A stretch of DNA of 64,000 nt from an uncultured Chloroflexia bacterium (lineage in GTDB: Bacteria > Chloroflexota > Limnocylindria > Limnocylindrales > CSP1-4). The position numbers were made by a program, and so were the translations under genes. The notes beneath the pieces are model-generated. The model was not told where the DNA came from, did no database searches, and worked only from the letters and a program-made list of their open reading frames with translations. The stretch's first letter is position 1. Each line of letters opens with the position of its first letter. Below, piece by piece: positions 1 to 8,976 of the stretch. The stretch lies in the NCBI GenBank assembly GCA_963748625.1, contig CAVVJT010000007.1, positions 736,001 to 800,000 on the forward strand, given 5' to 3'.

Positions 1-1411
1 CGATGTGCAGCCGGGCGACTGCCACCGGGACGCGATGCCGTCCCGGTCCCGCGCCCGCACCGCGAAGCAGTACGTCATCCCGGGACGGCCCTGGAAGGTG
101 GCGCTCGTAGCGGTCGTTCCCTTGACCAGCGTCCAGAGGTTCCGGCCCCCATAGCCGGCCCAGGTACGGCTGCGGTACGTGACGGTGTAGGAGCTGATGG
201 GAGCGAACAGGCGTGTCGCACTCCACCGGAGCGGGATCCGGGTGGAGGTCACCCACGGCAGGTCGAACTCCATGCTGGCCGTGGGTGCGGGCGTCTCCGC
301 GCCGCTGTCGCCCCAGCAGATCGCCCGGCCGTCGGTTCGCAGGGCGCACGTGTGATCGGAGCCGGCCGAGACCGTCGTGAACGTGCCCGCCGGCGCTCCC
401 CGGGCGGGCGCGTCGTTCCCCTGGTCGTCGTACTCGTCCTCACCCCAACAGGCGAGCGTGCCATCAGGCCGGATGCCGCAGGTCCGACCCATGTCGCCCT
501 GGCTCAGCGCGGTGAAGGGCCCCCTCGGGGCCGGGGTATCACTCCAGAGGCAGTTGACCTCACCGTCGACGTCGCCGTCCGCGCGGATCCCGCACCTCCC
601 GCTGATCGCCTTGAAGACGCCGGGCATGCCTTGGGTGTCCTCGCCCCAGCACACGTGCGCGCCGTCGGCACGCAGGGCGCAGTCCTTCCCCATGCCGACG
701 GTGACTGCGGTGTAGTGGGCGTCGGGTGGACCTGCTTCGATCCGCAGCTGCTCCCGTGCTCCCCGCCCGCGAACGTGCCAGCACACCAGACGCCCATTCG
801 TCCGGATGGCACACGCGTGGTTCTGGTCGGCGCTGACGGCCGTGAACCGGCCCTTGGGGACCAGCGTCCCGACCATCCCCCAGCAGGCGAGCCGGCCATT
901 GGTTCGGATCGCGCAGCTCCCTCCGTCGCCCAGGCTGATCGCCGTGAAGCGGCCGGTGGGCGGCGTGCCCTCACCTTCCCCCCAGCAGACGAGGGTGTGG
1001 TCCAGGCGGATGGCGCAGGTGTCCCAGCCGGCGCCGATCGCCAGCACGCGCCTGGGCGTGGCGTCCGAGGTGGGGATGACCCGTGCCGGGAGGGGTGTCG
1101 CTGTCGGGGACGGGGCGGGTGTCGGGCGAGCTGGCGCTGAGGGCGACGCCGTGGACCCACCGGCTGGCGACGCCTCAGGGGACGGGCTCGGCTGGGGGAC
1201 GGGCTCGGTCGGGGGACGGGCCGGGCGAAGCCGTGGACACCGGAACCGATGTCGCGGGCGCAGCCGCCGTGACGGGCCGTGGTGTCACCGTCGAACCTGT
1301 CGCCAGGCCCCCGGCCGACTGGCTCGGCGCCTCGGGCGCACACGCCTGGACGACGAGAGCGATGACCGCACAAGCCATCAGCGCAAGACCGGATCGCGTG
1401 CCGCATCGCAT
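1..1411 (-). CDS. Secreted lipoprotein with RCC1/BLIP-II-like repeats and a C-terminal Fn3-like domain; frameshifted; 3' end runs off the window
   Basis: The N-terminus has a lipobox-like signal (VIALVVQAC) and a Thr/Pro linker. Manual translation of the minus strand gives repeats such as FTTVSAGSDHTCALRTDGRAICWG, then PGMTYCFAVRARDRDG (Fn3-like). The reading frame is broken more than once. Confidence 0.7.
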
Positions 1412-1532
1412 CGCATCCCCTCCGCAGCTCTCCTGCCCGTCCTGGCCGGACATCGGGATCATGGAGACGCGCCGGGTCGAAGGCCTGTGGCATCAGGATG
1501 CGGAACCACGGTCCATGTGGCACGCTGGGCAC

Positions 1533-2066
1533 ATGGTTGTGATCTTCGGGTGGGGCGGTGGCGACACGAAGGACCTCGGGGAGGTCGCTCCCGCGCGCTG
1601 CCCCAACTGCCACAACGATGTGTACCTGCACCACATCTCCACGAACAAGCAGGTGAGCCTGTACTTCGTCCCGATCGCGAAGTACGGAGGCAACCAGTAC
1701 CTGGCCTGCCCGATCTGCCGAGCGGGCATGGCGGTGGACCCGATGCACACGACGGCGGTGGACCAGATGCGCGCTGCGACGGCCTCATTCCGGCGTGGCC
1801 GGGTGCCGCAGGACTACTACGAGGCGACGGTCAGGGCGTTCTGGGGCAAGATCGGGATCACGCCGTCTGGTCAGCAGGTGGTCCAGCCGCCGACGCGTGC
1901 TGCCCAGGGGGCCGCAGGTCCGGGCCCCGTGTCGAGCGCACCAGCCGCCGCCGCGCCCAAACCCCCGCTCGCCGAGCAGCTGCGCCGCCTCGGAGAGCTT
2001 CGGGCGCAGGGCATTCTCACCGAGGAGGAGTTCGCCGCCGCGAAGGCGCGCCTGATCGGCGGCTGA
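1533..2066 (+). CDS. Zinc-ribbon domain protein with C-terminal SHOCT domain
   Basis: MVVIFGW...CPNC...LYFVP...CPIC zinc ribbon; the C-terminus EQLRRLGELRAQGILTEEEFAAAKARLI is a typical SHOCT motif. Confidence 0.8.
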   Translation: MVVIFGWGGGDTKDLGEVAPARCPNCHNDVYLHHISTNKQVSLYFVPIAKYGGNQYLACPICRAGMAVDPMHTTAVDQMRAATASFRRGRVPQDYYEATVRAFWGKIGITPSGQQVVQPPTRAAQGAAGPGPVSSAPAAAAPKPPLAEQLRRLGELRAQGILTEEEFAAAKARLIGG

Positions 2067-2121
2067 CGGCCGCCTGACCGGCGGCCTGACGGCCGCGATC
2101 GCCACCTGGCGCGGACCCGGC

Positions 2122-4500
2122 TCAGGCCTCCGGACGCCGCCGCGGGACGCCCGGGAACGGCTCGAGCAGGCCGAGCTCGATCGCCCGCTCGATCGCCTCG
2201 CTCCGCGTGGACGCGTCGAGCTTGCCGTAGATCGAGATCGCCTGGGTCTTCACGGTGTGCTGGGAGAGGAACAGCCGCTCACCGATCTCCTTGAAGGTGT
2301 ACGGCGTCGACAGGTTCGGGAGAAGCCGCAGCTCCGCGGTGGTGAGCGACGACGAGCCGACGAACGTCGCCCGGGCGTCGGTGACCCGGGTCCGAAGCTC
2401 CGCGAGCTGGGTCACAAGGACGCCGAGCTGGGGCCGGTGGCGGACGATCGCCTCGGCCTCCGCGACGACCGTCCGTGCGCCCGCGGCATCGCTCACCGCA
2501 AGGTACCCACGGGCGAGGTCCATGAGCGCAAGGACCGAGACCCACGGGGCCGCGTGCGAGGCGTGCGGTCGAGCCAGCTGGGCGTGGACGAGCTCCTGGC
2601 GTGCGAGGCGGAGATCGCCTTCGTGCATCGCCACGCGCGCCGCGGCCGCGTGCACGTGGATGGACGTTGCCATATGCGCAAGGACGGTCCGTTCGAACAG
2701 GTGGTGGCTCTCGCGCGCGTGAACGCCGGCCGCGATCCAGTCCCCCGCCGCCATCGCGAGGCTCGCGCGCACTGCAAGCGCGTGGAACGGGACGAGTCCT
2801 GAGGCGCGGGCGACCTCCACGGCATCCGCGAGCAGGTGGTCCGCCTGGATGCTGTCGCCCACAAGCAGGTGCGCCATCGCGAGCTCGTGCAGGGCGAGAT
2901 ACCGCCACGGGCTCGGCGGGCGCTCGGCCGCGACCGCCGATTCCGCGTCCGCGCGCATCTCCTCCGGGCCCCGGCGCGCCATGGCCGCCCGCAGCATCGC
3001 GCGCGAGGAGGCGAGCGAGGCCGACCCGTCGCCCGGCGGTCCGTGGAGCACCGCGCCCTCCGCGACGTCGGCGGCCCGTTCGGCCGCCTCCGGCTGGCCA
3101 CTCAGCGCATACAGCCAGCCGGCGAGCACGGCGAGCACGGGGTACCGGTGGAGGTTCTCGGTGCCGTACCGCGCGAGCCATCGCTCGAGCTGGTCGGCGT
3201 GGCCGCTGTACCAGAGGCGGAGAAACACGGGCGCGAGGATCTGCGCCCCGAGCTTGAGGTCGCCGGCGGCGAGCGCATGCTCCATCGCCACCTCCGGGCG
3301 GCCGGCGGCCTGGTACCACGCCGCCGCGCGCTGGTGCAGCTCCGCGATCTGCGTCGGCTGGCGCTGCTCGATCTCGGAGATCAGGAAGGTGCGGAGGAGG
3401 TGGTGGTAGCGGTAGGCGTGCGCGCTCCCCGCCCGGCTGATGAGCTGGCTGGTTCGCACGAGCGTCTCGAGCGTCTCGCCCGCCCCGGGCAACCCGACGA
3501 CGGCATCAGCGAGGGCCGGCTCCACGACATCCAGGATCGAGGTCCGGGCCAGGAACGACAGGGCATCGGGCGTGAACGAGGCGGCGAGCTCCGAGCGCAG
3601 GTAGTCCGCGATGTAGGTGTCGTCACCGGAAACGGCGATGGCGACCCCGGATCCCTCGCGCGACCGTCGCCTGGCGAGCGTCGCCAGGTAGATGGCGGCC
3701 GCCCAGCCCTCCGTGGCCGCCACCAGCTCGTCCGCCTGGGTCGCCTCGAGCGCCACGCCCATGCCCGCGGCGAGCTCGCGGGCCTCACGGGCATCGAGCG
3801 CGAGATCGGTACGATCGAGCTCGAGGAGCGCACCCTGGACCCTGTACCGCCCGAGGGGGATGTCCGGCACCGTCCGGCTGCCCAGCGCCACTCGCGACCC
3901 GTACGGCAGGTGCTCGAGGATGGCGGCGAGCACGTCGAGACTCCCACGGTCGGTCACACGCTGGAGATCGTCGATGACGAGCAGCGTCGGGGCACCCGGC
4001 TCATGGAGGCACCGGGCGAGCGACGCAGCAGACGCCGGGCGAGCGGCTGCATCCGGCTCCGACCGGGTGCCCGCGGCCCCGGCAACGCCGACAGGGCAGC
4101 CGATGGCGGCCGCCAGCGAGCGCACGAGGACACTCGGCTCGTTGTCCAAGTCGTCGAGCGTGAGCCACGCCGCGGACCCGTCCGCGGTGGCCAGCAGCTG
4201 CGCGAGGAACTCCGTCTTGCCGTAGCCGGGAGGTGCGACCACCGTCACGATTGGGGCGCGGGAGTCCGCGCCCAGCCGCTCGATGAGCCTGCGGCGCACG
4301 ATCGTGCGCGCGTAGACGGCCGGCGGGTGCAGCTTGGCGTCGAGCAGGCCGGGGTCGATGGCGGACTGCGGGACGGATCCGGTCACGGCGGGCGGCTTGG
4401 CAACCGTTGGGGCTGTTGCGCGGACAGCGACGGGCGTGGTCCTCGTCAGAAGCGTGGGGGACTCGGGTACGGCTGCCTCCCCGGGCGGCCCACTCATCAT
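2122..4500 (-). CDS. MalT-like (LAL) LuxR-family transcriptional regulator
   Basis: KLHPP motif, Walker A APPGYGKT, LLVIDD Walker B, TEGWAAA, YRYHHLLR, helical region, and a C-terminal LuxR HTH (LTTAELRLL...IGERLFLSQHTVKT). Confidence 0.9.
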   Translation of the reverse strand: MMSGPPGEAAVPESPTLLTRTTPVAVRATAPTVAKPPAVTGSVPQSAIDPGLLDAKLHPPAVYARTIVRRRLIERLGADSRAPIVTVVAPPGYGKTEFLAQLLATADGSAAWLTLDDLDNEPSVLVRSLAAAIGCPVGVAGAAGTRSEPDAAARPASAASLARCLHEPGAPTLLVIDDLQRVTDRGSLDVLAAILEHLPYGSRVALGSRTVPDIPLGRYRVQGALLELDRTDLALDAREARELAAGMGVALEATQADELVAATEGWAAAIYLATLARRRSREGSGVAIAVSGDDTYIADYLRSELAASFTPDALSFLARTSILDVVEPALADAVVGLPGAGETLETLVRTSQLISRAGSAHAYRYHHLLRTFLISEIEQRQPTQIAELHQRAAAWYQAAGRPEVAMEHALAAGDLKLGAQILAPVFLRLWYSGHADQLERWLARYGTENLHRYPVLAVLAGWLYALSGQPEAAERAADVAEGAVLHGPPGDGSASLASSRAMLRAAMARRGPEEMRADAESAVAAERPPSPWRYLALHELAMAHLLVGDSIQADHLLADAVEVARASGLVPFHALAVRASLAMAAGDWIAAGVHARESHHLFERTVLAHMATSIHVHAAAARVAMHEGDLRLARQELVHAQLARPHASHAAPWVSVLALMDLARGYLAVSDAAGARTVVAEAEAIVRHRPQLGVLVTQLAELRTRVTDARATFVGSSSLTTAELRLLPNLSTPYTFKEIGERLFLSQHTVKTQAISIYGKLDASTRSEAIERAIELGLLEPFPGVPRRRPEA

Positions 4501-4552
4501 AAGCAGGTGGCCCGGCGGGGTCCACCCGCGTCGGGCCGAGCCGCTCGCCTTG

Positions 4553-5833
4553 TCAGCGGCGCCCGGTCCCCGCCCACGACGTCCGGGCCGCCGTCGGCTC
4601 GACCGCCTCCTCCAGTTCGGGTGCGCCAGGCCGCAGCGAGGCCATCAGCCGGCCGTAGCGGGCGGCAAGGGGACCCGCGGTCAGGCCGTGCAGGATCACC
4701 GACAGGAGCACGGTCCAGGCGACTGCCGCCGGGAGCGGCCCAGGATCCACGCCGGCCTCCTCGAGCCCGGAGAGTCCGATGACCAGGAACACAATCGATG
4801 CGAGGCCCCGCGGACCGAACCAGCCGATGAAGAGCACCGTGACCGGCCGGTAGCGCTCGCCCAGGAGCGCGATGGCGACCGGCACCATCCTGAGCACGGT
4901 CAGGCTGAGGACCGCGTAGACGATCGCGGCCGGATCCCACAGGTCGGTCAGGATCGTGCCCGCGAGCGAGAGTCCGAACGCACACCAGACACCGATCGCG
5001 AGCAGGGACCCCTGCGTCTCGGTGAACCCGACGGCGTCCTCGTCCTGCTGACGCGTGCCGAACCCGAAGGCGAGACCACCCACGAAGGCGGCGATGAAGC
5101 CGTTGCCGCCGGCGCTCACCGCCACCAGGTACGAGCCCAATGCCAGCGCGAGGACGAGCAGCTTGCGCGAGACCGGCGAGGTCCAGTGCCGCGCGTCGGC
5201 AACTGACAGCAGGAACCCGCCGCCGAGCCCGATGAGCACCCCGGTCCCCACGCCGATTGCCGTCTCAGCGAGGGCACCAGCGATCCCGCCCCCGCCGGCC
5301 GCCGCTTCGGAGATCGCGAGGGCGAGCGCCAGGAACACGAAGGGTGTCGCAATCCCGTCGTTGAGACCGCTCTCCACGTTGAGCACCCGGCGGATTCGGG
5401 CGGGCACGTTCGGGTTGGTGACCACGGGCTGGCCCAGGGCGGCGTCTGTCGGCGCGAGGGCCGCCGCGATGAGCATCGCGAGCCCGAAGGAGATGCCCGG
5501 GAACAGGAGCAGCGCGCCTGCCGTGCCCAGGGCGATCGTCAGGAGCAACCCGACGACCAGCAGGCGGGTGACCGTGCCCGCGTCCCGGCGCAGGGCGCCG
5601 GCCCGGATGGAGGAGGCATCGGCGAAGAGCAGCAGCGTGAGCGTGATCTCGGCCAGGACCTTGATGGCCTCGGCGGTCGGCTCGAGCGAGATCCTGCCGA
5701 TGACGTCGTCGGCCAGCACGATCCCGATGAGCAGGAACACGAGCGACGGTCCGATGGACCACCGCTCGAGGCGGGCGGCGACGAGCGCGTAGCCCGCGAC
5801 CAGCAGGGCGAGCAGGGCAAGGTCGGCTTCCAT
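4553..5833 (-). CDS. Cation:proton antiporter (CPA1/NhaP family)
   Basis: Multi-TM protein with LAPTDAALG, NVESGLNDG and GWFGPRGLAS motifs. Confidence 0.9.
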   Translation of the reverse strand: MEADLALLALLVAGYALVAARLERWSIGPSLVFLLIGIVLADDVIGRISLEPTAEAIKVLAEITLTLLLFADASSIRAGALRRDAGTVTRLLVVGLLLTIALGTAGALLLFPGISFGLAMLIAAALAPTDAALGQPVVTNPNVPARIRRVLNVESGLNDGIATPFVFLALALAISEAAAGGGGIAGALAETAIGVGTGVLIGLGGGFLLSVADARHWTSPVSRKLLVLALALGSYLVAVSAGGNGFIAAFVGGLAFGFGTRQQDEDAVGFTETQGSLLAIGVWCAFGLSLAGTILTDLWDPAAIVYAVLSLTVLRMVPVAIALLGERYRPVTVLFIGWFGPRGLASIVFLVIGLSGLEEAGVDPGPLPAAVAWTVLLSVILHGLTAGPLAARYGRLMASLRPGAPELEEAVEPTAARTSWAGTGRR

Positions 5834-5840
5834 CGAGTTC

Positions 5841-6731
5841 TCAGCTCCCGACGTTGTCGGGGGCGGACCGGCGCGTCGCAGGATCTGGCACCGCGGCCGC
5901 ACGCTTCCCGATCCGGCCGGCGATCAGGATCAGCACGACGGGAATCGTCAGCGCTCCCACGAGCGTGTAGACGATGGTGTCGCCGCCGATCGAGGCCGCG
6001 ATGACGAGCGCCGCCGCGATGTTGCGGTTTGCTGTCGCGAGCCCCATCAACGTGCGCTCGCCCGACGGGCGCCCGATCCCGGCGAGCCACCCACCGAGCA
6101 GCCCCACCACGAGGATGATCGCGAGACCCACGAAGATCCAGGTCCCGATCGAGCCGATCACCTCGCGCCAGGTCAGCAGCAGGGCGCTCCCGATCCCGAG
6201 CAGCAGCCCCATGGTCGATGCATGGCCAGCCCGGCCGACCCAGTCATCGGCCAGCTCCGGGTAGCGGGCGCGCACGAAGAGCCCGAGACCGAGCGGGATG
6301 AGCATGAACAGCACGAGCGACTGCGCGATCGACAGCGGGTCCACCGTGGCCCCTTCGACGGCCAGCGGCACGACGATCGGGGCGTAGCCAATGGTGACGA
6401 CCATGAGGAGGACCATCGCCCCGACGGCGAGGGCGAGGTTCGACTTCGCCAGCTGTGCGAGCTTGGGCAGGAACGGTGCGCCGCCCACGCACCCGATCAG
6501 CACGATGGCCGTCGCCGCCTCGGGCTCCATGGGCAGGAGGCGCGCCGCGGCGATGGCAGCCGCCGGGACGACGATGAAGTTGACGGCGAGCAGGGCCACG
6601 ACGAGCCGGACATCGCGGAGCGGCTGCGCGATCCGCGCGACGGTCAGGCCCAGGCCCATCGCGGCCATGCTGCCGACCACGAACACGAGCATCGCGACCT
6701 GGGTGATGACCTGGAGCGTGTCCGAGAGCAT
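5841..6731 (-). CDS. Bile acid:sodium symporter (BASS/Acr3-fold) family transporter
   Basis: About 9 TM helices; MGLGLT, NFIVVP, GGAPFLPKLA and RNIAAAL motifs. Confidence 0.8.
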   Translation of the reverse strand: MLSDTLQVITQVAMLVFVVGSMAAMGLGLTVARIAQPLRDVRLVVALLAVNFIVVPAAAIAAARLLPMEPEAATAIVLIGCVGGAPFLPKLAQLAKSNLALAVGAMVLLMVVTIGYAPIVVPLAVEGATVDPLSIAQSLVLFMLIPLGLGLFVRARYPELADDWVGRAGHASTMGLLLGIGSALLLTWREVIGSIGTWIFVGLAIILVVGLLGGWLAGIGRPSGERTLMGLATANRNIAAALVIAASIGGDTIVYTLVGALTIPVVLILIAGRIGKRAAAVPDPATRRSAPDNVGS

Positions 6732-6759
6732 CAGGGCCTCTTTCGTGCCGGTGGACGAG

Positions 6760-7116
6760 CTAGTGGTCGAGGGGGTCGTTCCGCTCCAGCGCGGTCTCGG
6801 CATCGTAGCCTGCGGCCAAGGCGATCCGGGGGGCGGCCGAGACGATCCGTGCCGATCCTACGACGCCGGCCACGGCCACGAGGATGGCGAACGCGTCCTC
6901 CAGGTCGACGCCGGCACGCCGGGCGGCGTCGACCTCAATCTGGAACAGCGCCTGGGGTGCGTCGAAAGCGACAAGCGCCGCAAGGCGCAAGAGGGTCTCG
7001 GTGCGTTCGTCAAGCCTCGGCACGCCATCGCCGAGCCCGTCCGGATGACCGATCGCCCGAATGAGGGCAGCGTCCCCGGCCGTCAGCCGACGAAACGCTG
7101 CCTCGGTGGTCTGCAT
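6760..7116 (-). CDS. Carboxymuconolactone decarboxylase (CMD/AhpD-like) family protein, no CxxC
   Basis: LDERTETLLRLAALVA...ARRAGV...VGSARIVSAAP pattern. Confidence 0.75.
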   Translation of the reverse strand: MQTTEAAFRRLTAGDAALIRAIGHPDGLGDGVPRLDERTETLLRLAALVAFDAPQALFQIEVDAARRAGVDLEDAFAILVAVAGVVGSARIVSAAPRIALAAGYDAETALERNDPLDH

Positions 7117-7159
7117 GCTGCGACTCGCTCTCGCTCCGGGGCCACCACAGCGTCGTCGG

Positions 7160-7549
7160 TCACAGCCCCTCGTGGTGATCGCCGATCGGCAGGCCCGCCT
7201 CCTTCCAGGCGGCGATGCCGCCGTCAAGGTTGGCGACGTCCAGGTAGCCGAGCGTCTTGAGCGTGGCGGCGGCCAGCGCTGCCCGCACCCCGGACCGGCA
7301 GTAGACGATCACGCGGCGAGCCGGATCCAGCTCGGCCTTGTGGCGTGGGCTCGCAGGATCCGCTGCGAACTCGAGCAGACCCCGAGGCACCTGGACGGCG
7401 CCCTCGATGTGCTCCGACCACTCGGCGGGTTCCCGGATGTCGAGCAGCACGGCCTTGCCGGCGGCGAGCTCGGCCTGCGCATCCTGCGGTGAGATGTTCT
7501 CGAGGCCGATGCGGGCCTCAATGACAAGGTCGACGGCGGTCTTGGCCAT
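7160..7549 (-). CDS. Single-domain rhodanese/sulfurtransferase
   Basis: LLDIREPAEW, HIEGA, active-site loop VYCRSGVRA, LDGGIAAW. Confidence 0.9.
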   Translation of the reverse strand: MAKTAVDLVIEARIGLENISPQDAQAELAAGKAVLLDIREPAEWSEHIEGAVQVPRGLLEFAADPASPRHKAELDPARRVIVYCRSGVRAALAAATLKTLGYLDVANLDGGIAAWKEAGLPIGDHHEGL

Positions 7550-7656
7550 GGAACTCTCCTGGCCCGGCGCCACGCGGCTGCCGGAGCTGATGGACTGCTG
7601 CCCTGGCGAGCCGGGGTCCGGTCACGTGAGGTGAACGCGGACCCCGGAGCTGCCCG

Positions 7657-8819
7657 CTATCCCAGCCGGATGCCCTCGACCTCGAGCCCGCCGCCGTGCG
7701 GCAGCTTGCTCCAGCTCCGGCGCTCCCACTCCTCCTTGAGAACCTCTTCCGCGGCCTTCTCGAGGAACTCCGGACGCGCCCACTCGTTCACGTCGAAGTC
7801 GTTCTTGATGTAGCCGTGGCTGAACATGAAGTCCTTGCCGATCTTGATCGTCTGCAGGTTCCGGGCACTCAGGCTCGGCACCATGTCGACGTCCTTGATG
7901 CCCTGGTACGTGTCCTCGGCATCGAGGTAGAAGGTCTGGCGGTTGAGGATGGCGCCCGCGGCGTGCTTGTTGTCGTTCGCCCAGCGCCCGACCTTGATCA
8001 TGGCCTTCATGTAGGCGACGACCAGCTCGGGATGCTCGTTGGCCATCACGTCGGTGCAGGTGATGACGGCCGGCGTGTTGGCCACCTGGACCGCGCCAGT
8101 CCGGGATACCGGGACAGGTCCTCGATCATCGCCAGCTGGCCGGTGGCCTCCTGGATGTGCTGGAACACCTTGCTCTGGGTGTAGATCGCGTCGACGACGC
8201 CGGCGAGCAGTGCCTTCTCCAGCGGGCGGAAGGCGTAGTCGTGCTTGTGGTCACGCGCGCATCCACGTCTCGGACGGGTTGTTCATGGGCGTCGAGCATC
8301 TCGGGCTTGTCGTACCAGTCGTCCGGGTACGGGAACTCGACGAGCTCGATGTCGTCCATGGTCATGCCGTTGAGCATGAGCATGTTCTCGATGCCCATGT
8401 GCTCCTGGATCCGCCACCAGTCGTTCTTGATGGTGTTCAGGCTCTTCGTGATGCCGATCTTCTTGCCCTTGAGATCCTGCATCCGGAACAGCTTGTCGTC
8501 CGCCCGGACGGCCATGCAGCCGCCCTCGTAGACCCAGCGTCGCGCCGAGCAGCACGGTCCGGCGGATGTCGGCGTTGACGGCGATCGGCGGATACAGGCC
8601 GCCGAACCGGATCAGGTTGTCCAGGTTGTGGATGTAGTGCGGGTACCAGTTGTTGTCCGGCGAGTGGCGGAAGTAGTCGTACTCGACGCCGATCTTCTTG
8701 AACTCCTCGCGGCACCAGCCCAGCTCCTGGTCCACGTTGTTCGCGGACACCATGGGGCAGTTGGTGAACCAGACCTCGTTCCAGTCGAGCGGAACGGTTG
8801 TCGAAACACGCTCGGTCAC
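7657..8819 (-). CDS. DszB-like (SsuA/periplasmic-binding-fold) protein, putative sulfinate hydrolase; frameshifted by several +1 insertions
   Basis: GTG start with GAGGAG RBS; WFTNCP, PHYIH, IRFGGLYPP, DLKGKKIG and DFMFSHGYIKNDFDVNEW motifs, spread over ORFs 8283-9167, 8126-8515 and 7657-8085; no signal peptide. Confidence 0.7.
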
Positions 8820-8976
8820 GTTGGCTCCTCGCTGAGCGGATGCTCCCGGCTGCTCGCGCAGCCCTTGGACGTCATGCCCGAGTCTCCGCGTGCGGCCGGC
8901 GTCCGGCATCGCACGATGCGTGGTATTCGCAGGCCATCTGCGATCTGTGCCCATTCGGCGTCGGCCGGTCCGGAGG

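Noticed and set aside
7657-8819. Ordinary ABC sulfonate-binding protein, or three separate small genes
   Set aside because: There is no signal peptide or cognate permease/ATPase, and the fragments join into one protein after removing single inserted bases.
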